IMG/VR virus record: IMGVR_UViG_3300002144_000477 | Location: 96,001 to 160,000 of that record | Length of the DNA: 64,000 bases | Source of the DNA: a virus | Direction: 5' to 3' (one strand) | In this document: piece after piece, positions 1 through 10,019 of the stretch | Position numbering within the stretch: position 1 is the first letter of the stretch | How the letters are laid out: the number at the start of each line of letters is the position of its first letter | The notes under the pieces: generated by a model | Seen by the model: the letters and a program-made list of their open reading frames with translations, nothing else | Told to the model about the DNA's origin: nothing | Databases searched by the model: none | Position numbers and translations under genes: made by a program

Positions 1-1
1 C

Positions 2-97
2 GACGAGTTTTTAGTAGTTGCGAGAGAACGATATCATGCGGCTATGAACAGCTGGAATCATCAAAGCCAGGAAATTAAACGTGCCAGGAAAGTCTAA
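2..97 (+). CDS. 3' end of hypothetical phage protein, truncated by window edge
   Basis: Open frame DEFLVVARERYHAAMNSWNHQSQEIKRARKV* ending TAA at 95-97, overlapping the next start. Confidence 0.6.
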   Translation, partial: DEFLVVARERYHAAMNSWNHQSQEIKRARKV

Positions 98-845
98 AGG
101 CGTACTATTATTTGCGACAAATACAGCCGAAGTTGACTATGTTAGCATCGCTGAAACTAATGCAAAATTAATTGACAGATATCTCGGGTTGCCTACAACT
201 ATTGTTCAGGGCGATGTTGGTACAAATAAACGCTTAGTAAGTGGCGCAGTAGTAGAGTGGAATAACGGTGGTAGATGCAATGCATACGAGTTAAGTCCGT
301 ATGATCAAACGCTAGTACTCGACAGTGATTATTTAATCTTTGACAATAACTTACTAAAAGTATTAGATACTGTAGTTGATTATGCTATCCCAAACAAAAA
401 TGTATACATTAATTCAGCAAACACCATTGACACTATGGGGCAATACAGTGTTGGACCAATGCTGTGGGCTACTGCAATTGCATTTAATCGCACTGAAAAG
501 AGCAAGCAACTTTTTCAGCTAGTGAAAATGATACAGCATAATTACGGATACTATCGAGCACTATACAACATCTCCCCTGCAAACTTTAGAAATGATGTTG
601 CATTTACTATTGCAGATCGAATTGTTAATGGCTATGTTGACAATATTGAAAATAGAATACCCTGGCCGGTTGTTACAGTGTCTGGAAAAGTTAGCAATCT
701 TACATTAGATAACACTACTCGACGTATAATAGTATATACAGACACAGAGGCGTTTATTGTCCCTTGGAATAGTCTGCACCTACATGATAAAACAGTGTTG
801 CAGTCTGATGATTTTAAAAAGGCAGTTGCACATGTCGTTGCGTAA
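81..845 (+). CDS. GT-A-fold glycosyltransferase-like protein (GT8-like)
   Basis: SPYDQTLVLDSD (DxD motif), RNDVAF, LHLHDK; paralogous to next gene. Confidence 0.65.
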   Translation: MPGKSKGVLLFATNTAEVDYVSIAETNAKLIDRYLGLPTTIVQGDVGTNKRLVSGAVVEWNNGGRCNAYELSPYDQTLVLDSDYLIFDNNLLKVLDTVVDYAIPNKNVYINSANTIDTMGQYSVGPMLWATAIAFNRTEKSKQLFQLVKMIQHNYGYYRALYNISPANFRNDVAFTIADRIVNGYVDNIENRIPWPVVTVSGKVSNLTLDNTTRRIIVYTDTEAFIVPWNSLHLHDKTVLQSDDFKKAVAHVVA

Positions 846-1698
846 ACAAGCACATCAAGCCCAGCGAGGATTTATAACATTTGCTCAAAATACTGCGTCA
901 ACTGATTACCTTGAGCTGTCTTATCTCCAAGCGCTAAATATAAAAGCAACACAGCCTAACAGTCTATACGCGGTTATAGTTGATGTTGCTACTGAATCTC
1001 AAATAACTCCAACTCAACGCAGTGCGTTCGACTACGTTATTACCCTAGAACACGATGAAGCAACTGACTCTGAATGGAAATTGTCCAATGAGTGGCAAGT
1101 GTTTTGGTTGACCCCGTTTAAAGAAACAATTAAATTAGAATCGGATCTACTGTTTACTCGCGATGTAAGCCATTGGTGGCCAGTGTTACAAACTCAAAAT
1201 CTTGTTATGAGCCATGGTGTAGTTGATCATCAAGGTAAGCCAGCAACTAGTAGGCGATATCGTAAACTGTTTGATGAAAATAGTTTACCCGACGTATACA
1301 ACGGTATGATGTATTTTCGATTTAGTGCCGAAGCAACAACGTTTTTCTCTACTGCTAGGCAAGTTTATGCAAATTGGGATGATATCAAAAATAGCGGACT
1401 AGTTAATGTTCGGGACGATAACCCTACTACTGATGTAGTGTATGCAATAACTGCAATTCTAGTAGATTTTCCAACATATATTCCGACGCTTGATTTTTTT
1501 AAGTTTGCACATTTGAAACCCGGAATTCAAAATTGGTCCGATGATAAGTCTGTGTTTAGCCGGGTGCTGTTAGAAACAGAGATTCCGCATATTAGAATTA
1601 ATAATGTCTTGCAATTAAATCCTGTGCATTATTATGATAAAACAATTAACATTAAGGAATTAATAAATGAATACGAGCAATTTACAAGACCCGCCTGA
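832..1698 (+). CDS. GT-A-fold glycosyltransferase-like protein
   Basis: TPFKETIKLESD (ExD), TTDVVYA, VHYYDK; start moved to ATG 832, which overlaps the upstream gene end. Confidence 0.65.
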   Translation: MSLRKQAHQAQRGFITFAQNTASTDYLELSYLQALNIKATQPNSLYAVIVDVATESQITPTQRSAFDYVITLEHDEATDSEWKLSNEWQVFWLTPFKETIKLESDLLFTRDVSHWWPVLQTQNLVMSHGVVDHQGKPATSRRYRKLFDENSLPDVYNGMMYFRFSAEATTFFSTARQVYANWDDIKNSGLVNVRDDNPTTDVVYAITAILVDFPTYIPTLDFFKFAHLKPGIQNWSDDKSVFSRVLLETEIPHIRINNVLQLNPVHYYDKTINIKELINEYEQFTRPA

Positions 1699-2044
1699 GC
1701 TAGTTACTGCAATGCAAGAGTTTTTTGCAGACAATCAACAACCTGCGGTTACATCAAAAATTGAATACCGTTTGTATTATGATGCTTTGGGCAAGGTACT
1801 GTTTATGACAACTAACGACGAGCCCGGCAAATACATTGTAATTTCAAAAGAAGTGTATAACAAACCAAATTACTCATCTATGCGTGTAGTAAATGGAGAG
1901 TTAAAAATTGTAAACTTTGATGATCCAGACTTTGCGTTAGATAAAGCAGCCACCGGATACCAAACGGTAAAAGGCCACGCAGGTATTTTAGCAGACGATC
2001 AAACAACAACTGAGACACAAACATATGGCTTCAAACATAACTGA
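1667..2044 (+). CDS. hypothetical phage protein
   Basis: 125-aa ORF overlapping both neighbours, AAGGA SD upstream. Confidence 0.7.
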   Translation: MNTSNLQDPPELVTAMQEFFADNQQPAVTSKIEYRLYYDALGKVLFMTTNDEPGKYIVISKEVYNKPNYSSMRVVNGELKIVNFDDPDFALDKAATGYQTVKGHAGILADDQTTTETQTYGFKHN

Positions 2045-2936
2045 TGTTGCAGACCTTGACTGCATTTACTTAACTTACGATGAACCGCAGAAAGAAGAGT
2101 TTTGGATTAAAATCCAAAATATGGTTCCGTGGGCTAAACGAGTAGATGGAGTTAAAGGAAGCGATGCCGCACATAAGGCTGCGGCAGACGCAAGTGATAC
2201 CGAATTTTTTGTATTAATCGACGGCGACAATTTACCTGACCCGGAGTTTTTTAATTTACAAATTGAAACACCGGACCACGACTGTGCATTTCGGTGGAAA
2301 GCCCGCAATGAAATCAACGGTCTCATGTACGGCAATGGTGGTATGAGTGTGTGGAGTAAAGGCTTTGTGTACAATATGAAAACACATGAAGCTAGTGATG
2401 GCAGTGATGAAACTGCTGTTGAGTTCTGCTTCGAAGAAACATATTATCCTATGCATAACTGCTATTCAACTACATATCCAAATGGCGATCAATATCATGC
2501 ATGGCGTGCAGGATTCCGCGAAGGTGTTAAGATGTGCTTAGATAGAGGTCGTAAACCCACATTGCCGGAGTTCGACGATGCCGCCAAAAAACGTAACTTA
2601 GACCATTTACAAATTTGGCAAACAATTGGCAAAGACGTACAACACGGAGAGTGGGCAATTGCAGGCGCACGGTACGGCACGTACAAAACTATGCTAACCG
2701 ACTGGGACTACACCGAAGTTCAGGACTTTGATAAACTAAAAGAAATGTACGCAGAGTTTGACATAAACAATCTGCCTGCGATTACAGAAAAACTAACACA
2801 TCGGTTAGGACTTAATATTGTTGAACTAGATGCGGAGCAAAGTGCTTTCTTTAAGTATCATTATAGCACGGGACATAAAAATCTTGAGTTGATGACTAAA
2901 GAAATTGATGTCATTCGTAGAATTGAGGGATGGTAA
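2025..2936 (+). CDS. GT-A-like glycosyltransferase-family protein
   Basis: FFVLIDGD DxD motif, NGLMYGNGG, AWRAGFREGVK; homologous to the C-terminal module of 16347..18965. Confidence 0.65.
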   Translation: MASNITDVADLDCIYLTYDEPQKEEFWIKIQNMVPWAKRVDGVKGSDAAHKAAADASDTEFFVLIDGDNLPDPEFFNLQIETPDHDCAFRWKARNEINGLMYGNGGMSVWSKGFVYNMKTHEASDGSDETAVEFCFEETYYPMHNCYSTTYPNGDQYHAWRAGFREGVKMCLDRGRKPTLPEFDDAAKKRNLDHLQIWQTIGKDVQHGEWAIAGARYGTYKTMLTDWDYTEVQDFDKLKEMYAEFDINNLPAITEKLTHRLGLNIVELDAEQSAFFKYHYSTGHKNLELMTKEIDVIRRIEGW

Positions 2937-2937
2937 T

Positions 2938-3225
2938 ATGATTAAACGTATTAAAGAGTTTTGGGTTAACAGTTACCACAGTGATAAAACAGCATTTTAT
3001 TACGAGCTTATTAGCTTTGTTATCACGGTAGCGGCAAGCCTGACATTAGCACTTACAGCAGACGACCCTGACATGACACTGGTTTATCCTGGGTTCTTCA
3101 TTGGCAGTGTATTTGCAGTTATTGCATATAAGCGTCGACAGCTAGTTTGGCCATTCCTATTGACATTATACTTTGCATGTGTTAATATATTTGGATACGG
3201 AGTAGCAATGAGATGGTGGAACTAA
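2938..3225 (+). CDS. small membrane protein (about 3 TM helices)
   Basis: Hydrophobic segments; ATG 2938 just after upstream stop with GAGGG SD. Confidence 0.7.
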   Translation: MIKRIKEFWVNSYHSDKTAFYYELISFVITVAASLTLALTADDPDMTLVYPGFFIGSVFAVIAYKRRQLVWPFLLTLYFACVNIFGYGVAMRWWN

Positions 3226-3226
3226 T

Positions 3227-4636
3227 ATGAACAAAGGCGACGAGTCAGTAGGTAACAAGAGTAAGTTTATGGCTTCGGCTGAGTTCATGAAAGAGAACTT
3301 AGGCGAAGGACTGTGTCTGGCTAAATGGAAACAGGTAAGCCTACATCTCCCCACTGGTCTAAACAATAGTTGCTACCATCCGCCATTGCATAAAATCGAC
3401 TCAGCAACACTAAAAGACAACCCGGGCGCACTACACAACACTGAGCATAAAAAGCAACAGCGTGTTATTATGCTTAAAAACGAACGGCCCAGTGAATGTA
3501 GTTACTGCTGGAATATCGAAGACACAGGCAACCTAAGTGATAGACATTATCGTAGTGGTGAGCCCTGGGCCGCTAGCGATTACGAAACTATTGTTAGCAG
3601 TAACGGAACTGAAGACGATGTTATTCCTAGTTATGTTGAAGTAAATTTTAACCATGCGTGTAACTTAAAGTGTAGCTATTGCAGTCCGCAGTTTAGTAGC
3701 AGTTGGATGGCCGAGACTGAGAAGTACGGTGCATTTCCGACTAGCGTACCGCACAACGCACCAGAGCACTTTGCCGGTAGCAGACGCCCTATTCCGCATA
3801 GAGAAGCCAACCCCTATGTTGATGCATTCTGGGAATGGTGGCCTAGTCTTTATCCTCACTTAAAACATTTTCGCATGACAGGCGGCGAGCCGTTAATGGA
3901 TAACAATACATATAGGGTGTTTGATTATGTATTGGCGTTGCCTAACCCTGAGTTGCACTTAAATGTTACAAGTAATTTCAGTGTCGAAGACAAACTTTTC
4001 GAAAAGTATCTAGGCTATGTTAAAAAGTTATGCAAAACTCAAATAGAGCATTTTATGCAATATGTGAGTTTAGACACTGGGGTACCTGCACATGCTGAGT
4101 ACATACGCAACGGGTTAAATTGGGATCGCATGTATCACAATGTTTACCGGTATATGAATGAAGTCCCAGAGCGCAACAGTTTAACATTTATTATCACTAT
4201 GAATAATTTAAGTGTTAGTGGTATCAAGCGCCAGCTAGAGTGGATTTTAGATTTGCGAAGTAGGTTTAGTCAAACATATCAACGTGTTTGGTTTGATACT
4301 CCATTGCTTCGCCAGCCAACATGGCAAAGTTTACAAATACTACCGTGGCCCTACGCCGATAAGCTAGAGGATGTTGCTAACTGGATGGAACAACATCTAG
4401 AAACCCCAGACGATCCGTTCCATGGGTTTAAGGATTATGAAGTACAGCGTATGCGCCGTGATATTGCATGGATGCGCAAAGGTGCTGAATTAGGTGCAGA
4501 TTATTTGCAAGCACAGCGAGCAGATTTTTATAGATTTTTTAACGAACACGATAAACGCCGTGGCACTGATTTCTTAGAAACATTTCCTGATATGGAAGAG
4601 TTTTGGAAAGAGTGTAGATACCACGCTAACAGATAA
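3227..4636 (+). CDS. radical SAM protein with N-terminal twitch-like domain (1 of 5 in tandem)
   Basis: CNLKCSYC, TGGEP; N-terminal CLAKW..SCYH..CSYCW. Confidence 0.9.
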   Translation: MNKGDESVGNKSKFMASAEFMKENLGEGLCLAKWKQVSLHLPTGLNNSCYHPPLHKIDSATLKDNPGALHNTEHKKQQRVIMLKNERPSECSYCWNIEDTGNLSDRHYRSGEPWAASDYETIVSSNGTEDDVIPSYVEVNFNHACNLKCSYCSPQFSSSWMAETEKYGAFPTSVPHNAPEHFAGSRRPIPHREANPYVDAFWEWWPSLYPHLKHFRMTGGEPLMDNNTYRVFDYVLALPNPELHLNVTSNFSVEDKLFEKYLGYVKKLCKTQIEHFMQYVSLDTGVPAHAEYIRNGLNWDRMYHNVYRYMNEVPERNSLTFIITMNNLSVSGIKRQLEWILDLRSRFSQTYQRVWFDTPLLRQPTWQSLQILPWPYADKLEDVANWMEQHLETPDDPFHGFKDYEVQRMRRDIAWMRKGAELGADYLQAQRADFYRFFNEHDKRRGTDFLETFPDMEEFWKECRYHANR

Positions 4637-4646
4637 AGAGGACAAT

Positions 4647-6002
4647 ATGCCACGTAAAGATAACGAAACACATTTAGAATACAAACGCAGAGTTATTGAC
4701 ATTAAGTCAGATTCCTTCTGTGGGGCAAAATGGTACAATGCTACTATTTGGTTAGGCAGTGGTATGACTACCAGTTGCCATCATCCATTGCCTCACAAAG
4801 TAGACGTTGAGGACGTACTTAAGAACCCTAAGGCATTACATAATACTCAAAAGAAAAAGTTTGAGCGCGAGCAGATGCAAAAAGGCGAACGACCAAAAGG
4901 TTGCGAATACTGCTGGAAGATCGAAGACATTGGACGAGACAATATTAGCGACCGGGTTTACAAATCGGTAATTTACTCCGACGAGGATCTTGCCTATGCA
5001 GCCAGAATTCCGGCCAGCACCGATATTGATCTACAGACACTCGAAATCGCATTTGACCGTACCTGCCAGTTTGCATGTAGTTATTGCAATCCGGCATTTA
5101 GTAGTACATGGGTTAAAGATATTAAAAACAACGGACCGTACAATAATCTTGTAAGCGACGGGCGTAATCACTTTACTCACATTCACGATAGTGCTCAGTT
5201 ATACAAGTATGGTGACACAAATCCATACGTGGAAGCGTTTCACCAATGGTGGGAATCCGACCTGCATAAGACATTGCAAGAACTACGAATTACAGGTGGC
5301 GAGCCATTGATGACTGGCGGTACGTGGAAACTGATCGACTGGTTTAAAGCAAACAAAGGCAAAAGTACTACCCGTTTGGCAATCAACAGTAACTTGGGTG
5401 CTGATATTGATATTGATCGATTGATTTATAGTGTCGACGGTGTAGAAATTGACTTGTACACTAGTAATGAAGCAGTCGGCGCACAAGCAGAATACATACG
5501 AGATGGATTGGATTACACTGTTTGGATGCAGAACATGGTTAAACTAATCGAAAGTAAAAAGTTTAGAGGCATTCACGTAATGTGTACTATCAATGCCTTG
5601 TGCTTAGATAGCTTGCCAGAGTTTTTAGACCAATTAGTTGAATTGAAGAAACAGTACGGCAGAGATTATCCAAACTTTACCCTAAACATTTTGCGATTCC
5701 CTAGTTTCCAAAGTGCATTGGTGTTGTCCGACGAGCAACGAACGATATATAAGAATAAGCTAATTGGTTGGATGATGCATCATCGTGACACTGAGGTATT
5801 ACATGAACATGAACGCAATCACGTAACCAGGTTAATTGACTACTTGGATGTTGTTAAGACTCCGCATAGCGAAGCATTTGAAATGCCAAAGCTACACAAC
5901 GATTTTAAAAACTTTTATCAGCAGTACGACCAGCGTAGAAAAGATAAAGATTTTAATAAAACATTCCCTAACTTATCGGATTGGTATAATGGACTCAACT
6001 AA
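4647..6002 (+). CDS. radical SAM protein with N-terminal twitch-like domain (2 of 5)
   Basis: CQFACSYC, TGGEP; CGAKW..SCHH..CEYCW; AGAGGA SD. Confidence 0.9.
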   Translation: MPRKDNETHLEYKRRVIDIKSDSFCGAKWYNATIWLGSGMTTSCHHPLPHKVDVEDVLKNPKALHNTQKKKFEREQMQKGERPKGCEYCWKIEDIGRDNISDRVYKSVIYSDEDLAYAARIPASTDIDLQTLEIAFDRTCQFACSYCNPAFSSTWVKDIKNNGPYNNLVSDGRNHFTHIHDSAQLYKYGDTNPYVEAFHQWWESDLHKTLQELRITGGEPLMTGGTWKLIDWFKANKGKSTTRLAINSNLGADIDIDRLIYSVDGVEIDLYTSNEAVGAQAEYIRDGLDYTVWMQNMVKLIESKKFRGIHVMCTINALCLDSLPEFLDQLVELKKQYGRDYPNFTLNILRFPSFQSALVLSDEQRTIYKNKLIGWMMHHRDTEVLHEHERNHVTRLIDYLDVVKTPHSEAFEMPKLHNDFKNFYQQYDQRRKDKDFNKTFPNLSDWYNGLN

Positions 6003-7320
6003 AAAAGATTTCTACGAGAAGTACGATTATAATGAACGTTCTCCTCATTTTATTAAGCGTGAGGAATTAACCGATCAGCAATTTAACAGGTTAGTCAAAA
6101 GCGACAAGTTTTGTATGCTTCCTTGGGTACACATGCATGCATTTCCGGATGGCAGGGCATATCCATGTTGTTTAGGCGACTATTGGCATCCGGTTGGCGA
6201 TCTACGTAAGCACACAATGGAAGAAGTATGGAACCAGGACGCATATAAAACAATGCGTAAAAACATGCTTGAAGACAAGTCTTGTAAGGAATGCACTAAG
6301 TGCTACGAGCAAGAAGCCAATGGCTTTTTTAGTATGCGTAACGATGCGAATCGAAATTACGGACACTTGATTAACGAAGTAGATCAAACTGCTAGTGATG
6401 GCGAACATCCTGAGTTTAAATTGCGTTACTGGGATGTTCGATTTAGTAATATGTGTAACTTTAGATGCCGGTCGTGTGGCCCAATCTTTAGTAGCAATTG
6501 GTACAAGGATCATGTTAAACTATACGGTGTTAAGCCCGACGTGCTTAAGCGTGAAATGGCAGTAATCGAGTATACTACTGGCAATGAAGAAGACATGCTT
6601 AAACAGATGGAGCCGCACATCGAGCATTTAGAACAAGTCTACTTTGCTGGCGGCGAACCAATGATTATGAAAGAGCATTACTACTTACTCGAGCGCCTGA
6701 TTGATCTTGGCAAGACTGATGTGCGGTTAGTATATAATACTAACTTTAGCGAAATGCGATACAAAGATAAACACGTATTTGATTATTGGAAACATTTTAA
6801 AACTGTAAACGTTGGTGCAAGTCTTGATGGAATGGGATCACAAGGTGAGCTTATCCGCAAAGGACAAGATTGGGCACAAACAGAAGAAAACCGTATCCGT
6901 ATGAAAGAGGAAGTCCCGCACGTAGACTTCTATGTTAGTGCAACTGTTACTAGTCAGAACGTATTACATGTATTAGACTTTCATCGTGACTGGGTTGAAC
7001 GTGGCTTTATAAATCCACAAGACTTTAATGTTAATATATGTCAGAGCCCTGAATGGTATCGCATTGATATCTTTCCGGAGCAGTTTAAGCGTGAAGTAAT
7101 TGAACCTGCGTATCGCAAGCATATCGAGTGGTTGGACCCACAAGACAAGTTGCGTCGTGCTACAACAGGATTCGAAAGTGCTATTAATTTTATGATGAGC
7201 AACGACGGGTCCAAGTACTGGAACCGATTCGAGCACGAAATCAAACTACTCGATGATCTACGTAACGAAGACTTTTGGGCTACATTCCCTGAATTAGAGG
7301 CAGCACGTGGAAAACAATAA
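5989..7320 (+). CDS. radical SAM protein with N-terminal twitch-like domain (3 of 5)
   Basis: CNFRCRSC, AGGEP; CMLPW..PCC..CTKCY; start moved to ATG 5989. Confidence 0.9.
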   Translation: MDSTKKDFYEKYDYNERSPHFIKREELTDQQFNRLVKSDKFCMLPWVHMHAFPDGRAYPCCLGDYWHPVGDLRKHTMEEVWNQDAYKTMRKNMLEDKSCKECTKCYEQEANGFFSMRNDANRNYGHLINEVDQTASDGEHPEFKLRYWDVRFSNMCNFRCRSCGPIFSSNWYKDHVKLYGVKPDVLKREMAVIEYTTGNEEDMLKQMEPHIEHLEQVYFAGGEPMIMKEHYYLLERLIDLGKTDVRLVYNTNFSEMRYKDKHVFDYWKHFKTVNVGASLDGMGSQGELIRKGQDWAQTEENRIRMKEEVPHVDFYVSATVTSQNVLHVLDFHRDWVERGFINPQDFNVNICQSPEWYRIDIFPEQFKREVIEPAYRKHIEWLDPQDKLRRATTGFESAINFMMSNDGSKYWNRFEHEIKLLDDLRNEDFWATFPELEAARGKQ

Positions 7321-8518
7321 CACAATTTGTATGTTGCCCTGGGTTAGCCTAGAAACTACTCCAATGGGCAATACTCGTCCCTGCTGTTTAGCAACTGAGG
7401 AAGTATTAAAACCCGACGGTACTAAGTTTAACTTAAATGTTGATACACTAGAAAGTATCTACAAAAGTGAATATATGGTAGACTTGCGCCAGCAGTTTAT
7501 AGATGGTAAGAAACCTAAAACATGCAACAGATGCTGGGATGAAGAAGATGCAGGTCGTACTAGTAAGCGTATGCACACTAACGTTCGCTTTAAACACGAG
7601 CGTCCGTTAATTGACTTTACCGACACAAAACCCGACAGTTTGTGGTTCATTGACTTAAAATTAGGCAACATTTGTAACCTCAAGTGCCGCATCTGCGGAT
7701 CATGGTCCAGTAGCAAGTGGGCACAAGAAGAAATGGATTACATTAAAGTATACGGCAAAGATCCTAAAAGTCATATTGCGTACCAGTGGTTAAAAGACGG
7801 ACGCTGGCCAAGAGATAGCGAAGTGTTCTGGGAAAACATGAGTCAATTGTTGCCTAACGTAAAGTATTTTGAGTTTACTGGCGGCGAGCCGTTTATGATT
7901 AAAGAGCACTTTGAACTATTGCAAGAAGCAGTGGATAGAGGTTTTGCTAGTCAAATTGAAATACATTATAATACCAATGGTACGCAGTATCCTGCGGAGT
8001 ATGTTGACCTATGGAAGAACTTTAAGTATGTTGAGATTGCATTTAGTATCGACAACGTAGGTGCCCGGTTTGAATACGAACGATACGGAGCAAAATGGGA
8101 CGAAGTAGAAGATAACATCGCTAAATTCAGACAGCTACGTAGTGAAACAAACAATATTAAATTGCAAATTTGTTTAACTGTTAATATTCAAAATGTATAC
8201 TACTTAGACGACCTATGCAACTGGGCGCTAACACAGGATTTTGACTACCACCATTTTAATATGTTGCACGATCCTAGACATCAGAATATCGGCACAATGA
8301 CACAGGATGCAAAAGATTTAGTAATTAATAAGTTAACCACTAGCGAGTTTACTCCTAAGCATCGAATTGAAATTGACAATATTATACAGTTTATTAAGAA
8401 TGGCCCAACTAGTGATGGCAAGCAGTTTGTTAAGCTAATGAAACAGACTGATGAGTATCGCAACCAGTCGTTTTTAGACTCGCATACTGACATAGCAAAG
8501 CCAATGGGGTATATTTAA
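7307..8518 (+). CDS. radical SAM protein with N-terminal twitch-like domain (4 of 5)
   Basis: CNLKCRIC, TGGEP, YNTNG; CMLPW..PCC..CNRCW; GTG start with GAGG SD. Confidence 0.9.
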   Translation: MENNNTICMLPWVSLETTPMGNTRPCCLATEEVLKPDGTKFNLNVDTLESIYKSEYMVDLRQQFIDGKKPKTCNRCWDEEDAGRTSKRMHTNVRFKHERPLIDFTDTKPDSLWFIDLKLGNICNLKCRICGSWSSSKWAQEEMDYIKVYGKDPKSHIAYQWLKDGRWPRDSEVFWENMSQLLPNVKYFEFTGGEPFMIKEHFELLQEAVDRGFASQIEIHYNTNGTQYPAEYVDLWKNFKYVEIAFSIDNVGARFEYERYGAKWDEVEDNIAKFRQLRSETNNIKLQICLTVNIQNVYYLDDLCNWALTQDFDYHHFNMLHDPRHQNIGTMTQDAKDLVINKLTTSEFTPKHRIEIDNIIQFIKNGPTSDGKQFVKLMKQTDEYRNQSFLDSHTDIAKPMGYI

Positions 8519-8526
8519 TTTTTAAT

Positions 8527-9825
8527 ATGACTAAACCAGATAAGAAACCCGATACATTGTGCATGGCACCGTGGACACACACTTACTTAAGCCCGCAAAC
8601 GGAACGTAGAATGTGCTGTGCTAGCCGTGAACCAGCACAAAATTTTGAGCAATACATTGACACTAAAGCTGGTACTGGAACATATATTCCGTTGACTCTT
8701 GAAGAGCACTGGAACGGTGACCACATGAAGTCGGTGCGTAAACGTATGATGGCAGGAGAAACACTACCTGAGTGTGAAGTATGTAATGATAAACTTTTGA
8801 ATACGTCGGTATACCGGAGCTATTTTGGACACTTATTCAATCATAAATACGATAGCATATGGGAAACAACAGATGTCACTGGCTTTACAACTATGGAGCC
8901 AGTGAGCTGGGATTATCGGTTTAGTAACCTGTGCAACTTTAAGTGCAGAATGTGTGGCGATATGTTGTCTAGCGCATGGGAAAGCGAGCAACGTAAACAC
9001 AATATGATTAATTGGCACGATCCAAAAAACAGTTGGATGCGCCCTGAAATCAAGAAGCAAATCGAAACGTTCCAAACAACACAGATTGAAGAAGAGTTTG
9101 CGAAAGCAGTGGAAGAGCATCGAATTGAGGAAGTGTACTGGGTTGGCGGCGAACCATTGATGTATGAACAGCACTGGCGGTATATGCAACGTATCATTGA
9201 ATTAGGAGACGGACCAAATGTTTATGCTAGATACAACACAAACCTTAGTCGCATTGATTATCGCGGTGTTAATCTTTATTCTGATATTTTGGCTAGGATA
9301 CGTGACTGGCAAGTCTGTGCAAGCATTGATGGTACAGGAAGAATTGGAGAATATATTCGAACAGGTCTTAATTTTGACAACTGGCTTGAAAACTTCAGTA
9401 AGGGAGTTGAGATCAGCAAGCATTCGCGCCAAGTTCGTATTGACTTCACTCTTACACTACCGGGATTATTTGAGGTCCTCGAAATTCAAAGATTGGGAAA
9501 ACGACTCGGAGTAGACATACTTGCAAAAGTAGTGTTCAGTTTTAGTCCCGACATTATTATGTCGCCGCTAGCATTACCTAAGGAGGTATTGCACCCTATG
9601 TTAGACAGTTTGATTGCAGAGACCAGTGGCGAAATGCAGGCTATATTAAAGCAACTTAAACTACGCCCTACCTTTGCAGAACAGTGGCCGGACACCTACG
9701 AAGCCGGACTTCGCAAAGGAAAAGAGCGAGTACTACGATTAGAGCAAATACGTAAAGATACTTTTACGTTTGCTGATATTATTAGTGATAATATTGATAT
9801 TAAAAAATGGTGGGATAATATATGA
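8527..9825 (+). CDS. radical SAM protein with N-terminal twitch-like domain (5 of 5)
   Basis: CNFKCRMC, VGGEP; CMAPW..MCC..CEVC. Confidence 0.9.
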   Translation: MTKPDKKPDTLCMAPWTHTYLSPQTERRMCCASREPAQNFEQYIDTKAGTGTYIPLTLEEHWNGDHMKSVRKRMMAGETLPECEVCNDKLLNTSVYRSYFGHLFNHKYDSIWETTDVTGFTTMEPVSWDYRFSNLCNFKCRMCGDMLSSAWESEQRKHNMINWHDPKNSWMRPEIKKQIETFQTTQIEEEFAKAVEEHRIEEVYWVGGEPLMYEQHWRYMQRIIELGDGPNVYARYNTNLSRIDYRGVNLYSDILARIRDWQVCASIDGTGRIGEYIRTGLNFDNWLENFSKGVEISKHSRQVRIDFTLTLPGLFEVLEIQRLGKRLGVDILAKVVFSFSPDIIMSPLALPKEVLHPMLDSLIAETSGEMQAILKQLKLRPTFAEQWPDTYEAGLRKGKERVLRLEQIRKDTFTFADIISDNIDIKKWWDNI

Positions 9826-10013
9826 GCGAGACCATTGCATATTTTACGGCAAGGCCTGATTTAATTAAATATATACTAGGTGGCATATTAGTTGTAATGG
9901 CGCTCTCAGCGCACTGGAAAGTCGCAACACTAAACGACGAACGATTGATTCGGAAATACGGTAGTTACGATAAAATTCCCGAAGATGAAAAATTCCCACC
10001 TATAGGATATTGA
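9822..10013 (+). CDS. small single-TM protein
   Basis: ATGA overlap with upstream stop; one hydrophobic helix. Confidence 0.6.
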   Translation: MSETIAYFTARPDLIKYILGGILVVMALSAHWKVATLNDERLIRKYGSYDKIPEDEKFPPIGY

Positions 10014-10019
10014 GAATAC

